Shown piece by piece: positions 21,108 through 30,200 of a stretch of 64,000 nucleotides of DNA (positions within the stretch are counted from its first letter, which is position 1; each line of letters starts with the position of its first letter). The stretch is from contig JAAXJB010000118.1 of the NCBI GenBank assembly GCA_012270065.1, positions 7,983 through 71,982 on the forward strand, written 5' to 3'. Position numbers and translations under genes: made by a program. The notes beneath the pieces were generated by a model that saw only the letters and a list, made by a program, of their open reading frames with translations, had not been told where the DNA came from and searched no databases. Source of the stretch: Rubripirellula sp. GTDB lineage: Bacteria > Planctomycetota > Planctomycetia > Pirellulales > Pirellulaceae.

Positions 21108-21159
21108 AAAAAACGGCGTTTCCGGTTTCACCTTTCGGTGGCCAAAAACGCCGTTTTTT
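21108..21159. terminator. Bidirectional-type Rho-independent terminator downstream of tRNA-Leu
   Basis: 14-bp inverted repeat AAAAAACGGCGTTT...AAACGCCGTTTTTT, giving a U-tract on both strands. Confidence 0.8.
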
Positions 21160-21164
21160 GCGAG

Positions 21165-21250
21165 TGCGGACGAGAGGATTTGAACCTCCACGCCCTAAAT
21201 CGGGCACCAGATCCTTAGTCTGGCGCGTCTGCCAATTCCGCCACGTCCGC
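21165..21250 (-). tRNA. tRNA-Leu(AAG), class II with long variable arm
   Basis: Reverse complement GCGGACG-TG-GCG-GAATTGGCAGA-CGC-G-CCAGA-CTAAGGA-TCTGG-TGCCCGATTTAGGGCGT-GGAGG-TTCAAAT-CCTCT-CGTCCGC-A; loop C32 U33 A34 A35 G36 G37 A38; discriminator A73. Confidence 0.93.
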
Positions 21251-22016
21251 TCGCGTTGCTGAATGCCCCAAGAGTTTTGACAGTATCTCGCCGTTCGTCA
21301 ACGCCCCTTTGAACTCTGGCAGGGGAGCGACCATCAACGGCACTGGAAATTACAAAACTCTTTCAGCCACCTGTGTTTACCGATAATCGATGGGAACCGA
21401 ATTCAGTGAAGCCCTAACTCATTTCAATGAGTTCTTGCTGACATGGCGTGCAAGATGACTGAAGCCAGAAAGCGGGCACAGTAAAATCAGGTAAACTGCG
21501 GACTTCGTAAGCCCCAAGTTCTTCGGCCGAACCGCCAGGGATCAACGCGCAAGTCTGGTCCTGCCAAACCGCTGAAAGCTTGAAACCAGCCAGGACCATT
21601 CCGGGCTCGCCGCTGGAATTCTCGGAGGCTTCAAAAAACGCACGCGCTGCTCACTCGATTAAAAACCCGTGCGGTCCTGCACGTGATGTGAACCTTTCAG
21701 CATGCCAGACGTACCTGAATGAGTATTGGCTGGTTCCGAATCTATCAAGACTGACAACTACGCGTTTTGCCCGGCCAACTTCGCGTCAGACCTTTTTCGA
21801 CGCATAACTGTCACCACCCGCACTGAAACCGGGATGGCCGAAACGTTTTAATCGGCAAGACTGCTACACGTCACAGCAGTATTCAAGGAGTCCGTATCGG
21901 GCACTGATCAGTTACCTGACAGACCCGATGCTCGACGTACCTTTAATTAATCATTCACGAGTGTCCCGGGACCAAACGAGGACACGGTATTGGCGTTCCC
22001 CTTGCCAGTAAGGCCA

Positions 22017-22949
22017 ATGGCTGACCCAAGTCCGATCCGACTACTGCTTATCGAGGACAGCGACATCGATGCGATGTTTGTGTCTCGTCTGCTGAAATCG
22101 AACCCGAAAGTTGCTTTCGAGATCGAACATGCCACCACTCTTGCTGATGCCTTGAACTTGCTCAGAGAGATCGAGTTTGACGCAAGTCTGGTTGACCTGC
22201 ACCTTCCTGACGCAATTGAACTCGAAGCCTTTGAGCAGATCCGCGCGATGGACGCTCGGATCCCGATTGTCGTCTTTACCGGTTCTGATGACGAAACGCT
22301 GGCACTCCGGGCCATCGAGAGTGGTGCTCAGGATGTGATGGCCAAGGGACATGTGACCGGGCAGATGCTGTTTCGGGCCGTTCGGTTTGCGATCGCGCGA
22401 CAGCTCAAGGTGATGGGCTTTAAAGCAGATGCCGACACTGATCCACTGACCGGAATGCCGAACCGCCGGCATCTGGAGTCACAATTTGTAGAATTGCACG
22501 CAGCAACGAAACAGAATAACGAACCACTGACACTCGCTCTGTTTGACATCGATCACTTCAAACTCGTGAATGATGAGCACGGCCACTTCATTGGTGATGC
22601 GGTACTCAAGGAGATTGCACGCCTGTTCCAGAGTTCGATCGAAGACGGGATGCTTGCTTCCCGATTTGGTGGCGAAGAATTTGCCTTGCTCATGCCCGGC
22701 TCTGACATCGAACGGGCTGCCGTGATTGTTGAAGGTATCCTCGACAAACTGGCCAAAACTCCGATGAAACTTGACGCGCTGACGATTCCTATCACCGCCA
22801 GTGCCGGCTTGATCGCAGTGGAAGACGAGGAGTCGTGGGGAGCAGCCTACATCGCGTGCGATGAAGCACTTTATGATGCCAAAACAAGTGGGCGCAATCG
22901 TTTCGTGATCAACAATCGGAAACCCCACCGTGGCTCGGCCCGGATGTAG
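22017..22949 (+). CDS. Response-regulator diguanylate cyclase (REC-GGDEF)
   Basis: LLLIEDSD, SLVDLHLPD (phospho-Asp), VVFTG, DVMAKG; DPLTGMPNRR, DIDHFKLVNDEHGHFIGD, RFGGEEF, DEALYDAK..GRN. Confidence 0.93.
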   Translation: MADPSPIRLLLIEDSDIDAMFVSRLLKSNPKVAFEIEHATTLADALNLLREIEFDASLVDLHLPDAIELEAFEQIRAMDARIPIVVFTGSDDETLALRAIESGAQDVMAKGHVTGQMLFRAVRFAIARQLKVMGFKADADTDPLTGMPNRRHLESQFVELHAATKQNNEPLTLALFDIDHFKLVNDEHGHFIGDAVLKEIARLFQSSIEDGMLASRFGGEEFALLMPGSDIERAAVIVEGILDKLAKTPMKLDALTIPITASAGLIAVEDEESWGAAYIACDEALYDAKTSGRNRFVINNRKPHRGSARM

Positions 22950-23422
22950 GCCAACGTTGACGGCGATGTGATCAGAAAACCGGTGGTGAACTGAGTTGCC
23001 AGCCAACTGCGTGGCGTTGCACAACGGTTACCATGGGACACAGACTCTCACTCAAAAAGAACCCGAAGTCCCAAAAGCAGGGACGGAAAGTCTGGACGGA
23101 TCCCGTTTCCGCTGCCCACGCACCGCGACTTTCACGCCTCGATCCAATTGAAACCTGCATTCCTGCTGAAACTCAAATCCTTGCACAGAAAACTGCTTTG
23201 CAAGCATTGAGGTTCGTCTCAATGCCCCAAAATGAAATGAATCCTCAGCCAGACGTCGCTTCATCGGGCGAGGCTGGATGCAGATGTGAGCGGTCTCACA
23301 CGGCGCAATAAAGTGACCGGCGTGGCTAGATCTGCATGATCGACGTTGACCCTGATGGAACCATTTCGGACAATCTGCGGGTTGTTCTAAATTACCGGAA
23401 TTGCCTTCTTAGCACTGCCTTC

Positions 23423-24697
23423 ATGCCCGCTACATCGTCCATCGAATTACCCCAATACTGTTCAGACACGGCGAAAGCAGCCAAAGCTGCCTCGTATCAA
23501 CTCGCCTCTCTGGATACCCTGGCCAAGAATCACTGGTTGACCGAATCAGCTGCGGCACTCATCGCTTCGACCGACTTGATCCTCGAAGCCAACCAGCGTG
23601 ACCTTGCCGCAGCCGACGATTACGGGCTTTCAGACGCATCAGTCGACCGCTTGAGGCTGGACTCGGGACGCATCTCTGCGATCGCAACAGGCTTGAATGA
23701 AATCGCGATGTTGCCAGATCCTGTTGGCGAACTCATTGATGGATTTACCAGACCAGGAGGCCTGCAAATCCAGAAGAAACGTGTTCCGCTGGGTGTGGTT
23801 TTCTTCATCTATGAAAGTCGTCCCAATGTCACTGCCGATGCGGCAGGCATCTGCGTTAAAAGTGGCAACGCCGTGATTTTGCGTGGCGGAAAAGAAGCGA
23901 TCCACAGTAGTCAGGCCATTGTCCAAGTTCTTGCTGAAACCGCAGGTCGATGCGGCATCCCGGAAGCGGCTGTCCAGCTGGTAGCAACAACCGATCGGGA
24001 CGCAGTGGGCCACTTCCTGAAGCTCGATGAATTCATTGATGTCACGATTCCTCGTGGCGGAGAGAGCCTGATTCGCCGGGTCGCGGCCGAAGCCACCATG
24101 CCGGTCATCAAGCACTACGACGGCAACTGTCACGTTTACGTTGATCAATCAGCCAACGTTGAGATGGCTGTGAACATCGTCGAGAATGCAAAATGCCAGC
24201 GGATGGGGGTCTGCAACGCCTGTGAATCTCTGCTCGTGCACGCTGACATCGCCGAAAAGTGCCTGCCCTTGATTGCAGCTCGTCTGTCTGCCAACGGAAT
24301 CGAGATTCGCGCGGATGCAAGAGCCTTGAAAATCCTGCCAGAAGCCGTGGCAGCCACTCCTGAGGACTGGTCTGCGGAATACCTCGGGCCAACCATCAGC
24401 GTTGCCATCGTTGATTCTCTTGAGCAGGCAGCCACTCATATCAACCAGCATGGCTCGCATCACACCGACGCGATCATCACTGAAAACCTGAATTCGGCAA
24501 ATACGTTCACAACTCTGGTGGACAGCTCTGCCGTGATGGTCAATGCGAGCACACGATTCAATGACGGCGGTGTATTTGGCCTTGGAGCCGAGATTGGAAT
24601 CTCGACTGACAAATTTCACGCTCGAGGACCTTGTGGACTCCGCGAACTGACCACCTACAAGTACATCGTTCAGGGAACAGGACAAATCAGACAATGA
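23423..24697 (+). CDS. proA: Gamma-glutamyl phosphate reductase
   Basis: VPLGVVFFIYESRPNVT, KSGNAVILRGGKEA, IPRGG, CNACESLLVH, NASTRFNDG, GAEIGIST, HARGPCGL; ATG 23423. Confidence 0.97.
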   Translation: MPATSSIELPQYCSDTAKAAKAASYQLASLDTLAKNHWLTESAAALIASTDLILEANQRDLAAADDYGLSDASVDRLRLDSGRISAIATGLNEIAMLPDPVGELIDGFTRPGGLQIQKKRVPLGVVFFIYESRPNVTADAAGICVKSGNAVILRGGKEAIHSSQAIVQVLAETAGRCGIPEAAVQLVATTDRDAVGHFLKLDEFIDVTIPRGGESLIRRVAAEATMPVIKHYDGNCHVYVDQSANVEMAVNIVENAKCQRMGVCNACESLLVHADIAEKCLPLIAARLSANGIEIRADARALKILPEAVAATPEDWSAEYLGPTISVAIVDSLEQAATHINQHGSHHTDAIITENLNSANTFTTLVDSSAVMVNASTRFNDGGVFGLGAEIGISTDKFHARGPCGLRELTTYKYIVQGTGQIRQ

Positions 24698-24911
24698 TTT
24701 CAAGCATGATCCCGGTCAAAACGGGAACGGAACAAAACCGGCAAGCTCACAGCCAGATGCTGACCCTGCGGTGAACCACAGCCCGACCCGCCAACCCCGA
24801 CCCGCGATCGAACCAGTGCTCACCAGCACTGCCCCAGCGACCAGACAAAATCGACCGCAGAAACAAAACTGACAGACTGAACAACAGCACGAATCCTACG
24901 GGACGCAATCC

Positions 24912-25955
24912 ATGTCCGAAGAATCACTCAGCCAGAACCAAGTCGAAAATCTGCTCAAGGCGATGGAAAACGTCAACGACCCTGCAGACGCAGGCAAGGC
25001 GACCGATGCCGCGGGTCAAAGCGGTCCGGTGATGGGCAGTGCTCCAAGCTCCAGTCGCGGTTCTGCAGCACGGATCACCGCCTACGACTTCAAACGCCCT
25101 GAGAGAGTTGGCAAGGAGCAGATGCGGGCGATGCACTCACTGCACGAAGCGTTGGCCCGCAATTTTGGCGCAGCAATATCAGGAATGTTGCGTACCATGA
25201 TCGAGGTCAAGTTACTGAGTGTTGACCAACTCACGTACAGCGAATTCGTATTCAGCCTGGACAACCCGAGTTGTTTCAATGTGCTTAAACCGGATCCTTT
25301 GGATGGCAATTGGATTCTTGATATCGCGCCCTCCCTTTCCTATGCGATCATCGACCGGATGCTCGGCGGTGATCCAAAACCGAATGACACACTACGCCGC
25401 CCCCTGACAGAGATCGAAAATCGCCTGATTGGACGTCTCGTTGCCATCTTTCTCAGCCAACTTAAAGAGTCGTGGGAAAACATCGTTGAACTCGACCTCA
25501 AGGTTGATAGTGTCGAGAGCAACCCGCAACTGGTGCAAATTGTCCCTCCGAACGAAGTTGTGATTCTCGTCGGGTTTGAGTTGATGCTCGCCCAGAATCG
25601 CGGCATGCTGAATTTGTGCATTCCATTCAACACCATCGAGAATTACAACGCCAAACTGTCTCGCAACGGCTGGGTTGGTTACGGCAAAGGCACACCCACA
25701 GACGAAACCAAAGGCAAGATCACCAGCAGCATGGATCGTGCGCCCGTGGACGTAGTCGTCACTCTGGCAAGATCCAAAATTCGCACCGGAGATCTACTCG
25801 ACCTCTCTGTAGGCGACATCATCACAACTGAAAAAGAAGTCACATCACCCCTGGAACTTTCAGTCCAGAACGTCCCGAAATACAACGCTTCGGCGGGCGC
25901 GTTCAAGGGTAAGAAAGCCGTTCAAATCAAATCCGTCATTGAAAAGAACAACTGA
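24912..25955 (+). CDS. fliM: Flagellar motor switch protein FliM
   Basis: N-terminal LSQ..V..LL peptide, YDFKRPER, GG-containing middle domain (RMLGG, RPLTEIE), C-terminal SpoA domain (GDLLDLSVGDII, GAFKGKKAVQI). Confidence 0.95.
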   Translation: MSEESLSQNQVENLLKAMENVNDPADAGKATDAAGQSGPVMGSAPSSSRGSAARITAYDFKRPERVGKEQMRAMHSLHEALARNFGAAISGMLRTMIEVKLLSVDQLTYSEFVFSLDNPSCFNVLKPDPLDGNWILDIAPSLSYAIIDRMLGGDPKPNDTLRRPLTEIENRLIGRLVAIFLSQLKESWENIVELDLKVDSVESNPQLVQIVPPNEVVILVGFELMLAQNRGMLNLCIPFNTIENYNAKLSRNGWVGYGKGTPTDETKGKITSSMDRAPVDVVVTLARSKIRTGDLLDLSVGDIITTEKEVTSPLELSVQNVPKYNASAGAFKGKKAVQIKSVIEKNN

Positions 25956-26542
25956 CCGGTTTCACTCGCGAAAGACGATCATTCGCAGCACGACCCTCCG
26001 TCACGCCGCCGATGTCCGCGAAAAAACGCCAAAAAAAAGAAGAAAAAAATCTCTGGCCTGACTCCCAAAAACGTCACCAGCCCGCTGCATTGATAGCATC
26101 TCGCAGTGCATTGCGACTCCAAAGAAAGGTCTCCGGCTTCGCAGTTGCCCCTTTGGCAGATTCAATTTTCGCAGATCCACCCACGGACGGTTGATACCAC
26201 TGCCCCCTTCCTGAATCCATCTTGTGCCAGGCCAATCCGGTTCTTGTCGGTACCCGGCTATCCGTTGATGAACTTTGAATCGCCGCATCAGATGACGAGC
26301 GACTGAACCAGAAAGAGAAGGTTCTCGGGCGACCAGAGCAGGTGCAGGAAGCTTATCTGAGCGGTTTCAATTCCACCGCGACAGCGGCTGGAAAGCTTCC
26401 CCAAAAAGAGTACGGACACTACCGAAGTGGCAGTGCCCAGTTCGTATGCGAAACTTTGGGCGGCCTCCAGACAGCCTCAGACAACCTGAGGCTGGTTCAT
26501 GCGGATTCTCGACCCAATTCAAGGATTTCAGGCGAAAACGCC

Positions 26543-26860
26543 TCAGATCATTTCCTTGAGGCCCTTGAGTGGGCGAATGGTCAGTTTCTTGCTCGCTGGC
26601 TTTGGCTTGAGCCAGATTTCGGAGCCATCAGCTGGGTTACGGCCTTTTCGCTTTGGCTTGGCGGGAACGTCCTTGAGGACGATCTTGCAGAGTCCGGGGA
26701 TTGCGAACTGTCCAGGGCCACCTTTGGAGATTGCCTTCTCGATTTCGCCTGCCAGAGCGTCGAAAACAGCTGCCACGTCCTTTTTGGACAGCTCGGTCTC
26801 TTCGGCGATGTTGGCGAGGATCTGGGTTTTAGTTGGTGCCTTCAATGCAGCTTTTGCCAT
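26543..26860 (-). CDS. hup: HU family DNA-binding protein
   Basis: TKTQIL..IAEETELSKKDV, F.IPGLCKI, GRNPADG.EI..KPKPAS. Confidence 0.93.
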   Translation of the reverse strand: MAKAALKAPTKTQILANIAEETELSKKDVAAVFDALAGEIEKAISKGGPGQFAIPGLCKIVLKDVPAKPKRKGRNPADGSEIWLKPKPASKKLTIRPLKGLKEMI

Positions 26861-27270
26861 GGGGAAGAACCTTCAGTGTTGAGTATTTTGGGTCGACTAG
26901 GGCGTGATTAACGCATGCCCGTGATTCCTATGGGCAAAGTGTTATGTCCCTGTAGCGATCCATGCAACCCGGCTTTGGCCAAAAAAACCAACGTTTTTCG
27001 GGGTTTTTTGCACGGGGTCTTGACTGGCGCGTCAGCCTTCCCTCCGAATTCGGTGGAAAACAGCCTCGCGTGGGGCCTCTCCGAGGGCGATTCAGAAGCT
27101 GTTTTTGTGTCTTCTTGTGCCGGGAAACCCCGCCGTTTTGCGTGGCATGCCCCGCAGTCTGCGAGGCTGGAAACGGTGTGTTCAAGACCGTTCTAAACGG
27201 TGTTCCACCGCGTTCATCTGACGGAAAAACACGGTTCATGAGGAACAGCACGTTCCCTTGAAAGTGCCCG

Positions 27271-30200
27271 TTAAATTTCGCTGCCCAAAGCGGCATCGAT
27301 GCTGCTCTCGTGCAATGAATCAGACAAAGGATCACGAGTTGCCAAGTCGTCACCAGCAGACTTGATGATGGAGAGTTCCTCCGCAACGTTCTGCATCACC
27401 TGGTCCACGACTTGTGGCCCTGCCTGCATTTCAGAATGTTTGTTTCCATCATCACGTAACGTTTCGCCCAACCACAACTCACCATGCTCATTCGCGAGAA
27501 CTGCAGCATCCGTGCGGGTACTCTGGTCATCGGCGGCCGGCACGAAGAGATCGGCCTGCGTGACAGCGAACGCCGCCATGGATTCACCTTCGGCCTGAAT
27601 ATCGCCAACTGTCAACGGACTGGATACCATCGGAACGGCACCACCATCTGCGTCGGCAGGAGGCAAGAATTCTCCTTCTGGATCACCTGCCGGAGGCGTG
27701 GTCACCACCGGGTTGAAATTCAGTCCACGGTCATCAAGTCGAATTTTCAGCAATCGGTATTCGCCAGCAACACCGCGTGTCTCCACTCTCTGTGCATCAT
27801 CAACTGATCCGAGTGCCTCCACGTTCTCCTCAGTCACAGTTCCCTGCTCATCGGTTTCGGTACGTACTGCTTGCACCGTAACAGCACCAGTGTCAGGATC
27901 CAGATCGACGTTGGTCACTTCCACATCGACCTCGGGTGAAGCGATCGTCAACACACTTGATTCTCCCGGTTGCACTGCAACAAGGATTGATTGTCTGGTG
28001 GCAGACCCAAAGAAGTCCGAGATCTTCACGTACCTGGACTTCAAACGACCGACATCCAAATCGATTGTGACATCACCATCTTCGGGCAAACTGGTCACCG
28101 GGATGGTCTTGGCTTCATCACCACCCTGCATGAATGGGTTTGCCGGAACTTCAATGCTGTAGTCCCCCGGCATCAGATCGCCAAAGTCATTCTCCCCGTC
28201 ATCAGTGCCGAGCGGGACTTCAACCACTTCGCCAAGAACGTTGGTACCACGCAAGACAATGCCTGACACCCGTGGACCGCCGGATGCCTGATTCATGTCG
28301 ACCACGATTGTTCGTGTTTCAAAATCCGTAACCTGAACAGTGATCGTTCCTGTACTGGTCTCGGTTCCATCACCAACGGTGTAGGTGATTGTATCGGTTC
28401 CCACAAATTCAGGTGTCGGAGGCGTGTAAAGAATGCCTTGTGTTTCAACATCCACCACTGCTGTCCCGCCCGCTGCGGTATCACTTTGAACATTGATGAT
28501 GAGAGTTTCTCCGGCGTCGACATTCGCCGGCAAGTCACTCATATTGAAAACAGCGGTTTGTGCTGACGCACGATTCAAGTTCACATCCAGATCACGGATC
28601 GGTGGCACATCGTTCACTGGACTGACCGTGAAGGTCACCGTACCGACTGATATCCCACCACCTGAATCACGGATGGTATAGGGAACTTGCTCAATGCCGT
28701 TGAAGTCAGGAGCCGGTGTGTAAGTCAACTCCGTTCCATCAGCACTGATCTCGGCCTGCCCGCCGCGGTCCGGCACGCCAACCGAATCCAGCACGAAATC
28801 CTGGTTATCAACATCCCGGACATCGTTCGCAAGAACAACGTAATCGCCAGCGGCAGCATCCTCCATGACTCCATAGGCGTCATCGACTGCTGTCGGCGGG
28901 TTGTCCGCTGGAGCGACCGTCACCGTCACGGTGGCTACATCCTGCAACGTCCCGTCACTGACGACGTAGGTGAAAGTTTCGTCGCCAACGAAATCGGTTG
29001 CCGGCGTGTAGGAAACGGACATTCCATCTTCAGAAACCTCGGCGACTCCACCAGCACTCGGTGTACTCACCGACGTGATGACGAGATCTTCATTGGCGTC
29101 AGGAGTGATTTCGTCATTTTGCAAGACATTCAATGCGTTCCCGGTCGAGTTCTGCTCAACACTGACAGCGTCATCTACTCCTGTCGGCGGATCATTCACA
29201 TTGGTGACATCAACAGTGACAGTAGCGTTCTGCTGGACGCCACCGTTGTCGGTGACCCGGTAGGTGAAGACCACGGGGCCGACGTAATCGTCATCGGGTC
29301 GAAATGTGAGCACGCCGTCCGCGATGGTAACGGTTCCACCATCAGTTGGCTGACTGGCAGAAATCAAGGTCAATGATTCGCCAGGAACATCAACAACATC
29401 ATTATTGAGGACGTCCAGCACGGTGTCCCCCGAATCTTCGAGCAGCGAATAGGTATCATCATTGAGAGTGAACGACTGGCCGATTGCCAGACTTGCACTG
29501 CCGTAATTGACCGCCGAGGCTGGCAACGTGTTATCCAATCCAAACAGCAGAAACTCACTGGTGAGTTCATCTGCAGGGCTGCTGATGATATTGACATTGC
29601 CGGTAGCCAGAGCTTCCATGCGAACCGTCGCAATCAGACTCTCGGGCAGGTTCGTCGCGGCGGTCGCACCTGACACGGCTCCAAGCTCGTTGATCAACCC
29701 GGTTTCCACTGAACCTTTGCGTGTCACCGTGAATGCTGGTGAAAACTGGATCGGTGTATCGGGTTTTGGCCTCACGAGAGCTTCATCAAAGTTGATGTCG
29801 GCAAAGGCGCCGTAAATTCCATCTCTGTCGATGAAACTCCGATTGTCCTCGGCGACCATCCTCATCAGGAACTCCTGCCCGGCAGCAATGCTTGTGATTG
29901 GGTTGCCGGCCAGATCCGTAAGATCAATTCGAATGGCTGCCACCGGAGCTTCGGCAACATTGACCGTGAACGAATCGCTTCTGACGTTGCCCGCCAGATC
30001 AGTCAGTGTGAACGAGAAGGTCTGGGCCCCCACCTGTTCACTCGTTGGTGTCCAGTTGACGATCCCGGAATTACTGTTGAGTGTTGCTCCGGCCGGACCA
30101 CTGACAAGTGCGTAGACAAGTCCGCTGCCCTCTTCGCTGCTGATCAAATCCGTTGTGTAAAGCGTGCCCGCATTGGCGTCAGTATTGGCTGTGTCGGACA

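Noticed and set aside
19000-21165. Integrative element at tRNA-Leu
   Set aside because: No integrase, and no duplicate of the tRNA 3' end was found by eye; kept only as a tentative eroded islet.
21212-21218. Reading the tRNA-Leu anticodon as TAA
   Set aside because: The 5-bp stem CCAGA/TCTGG fixes a 7-nt loop CTAAGGA. U33 is the T, so positions 34-36 are AAG, and G37 fits a CUN-decoding Leu tRNA.
22990-23030. Sigma-54 promoter (TGGCGTTGCA) upstream of proA
   Set aside because: The GG-N10-GC spacing is not met; spot checks upstream of HU, the PPIase and the yqiJ-like gene also failed.
26100-26420. RNase P, tmRNA or SRP RNA suggested by GAAAGGTCTCCGG, GAAGCTTAT and GGTTTCAATTCC
   Set aside because: The matches are partial, spacing and stems do not fit the conserved cores (GAGGAAAGTCC...CGGCTTA; T-arm pairing fails), and no acceptor-like stem is present.
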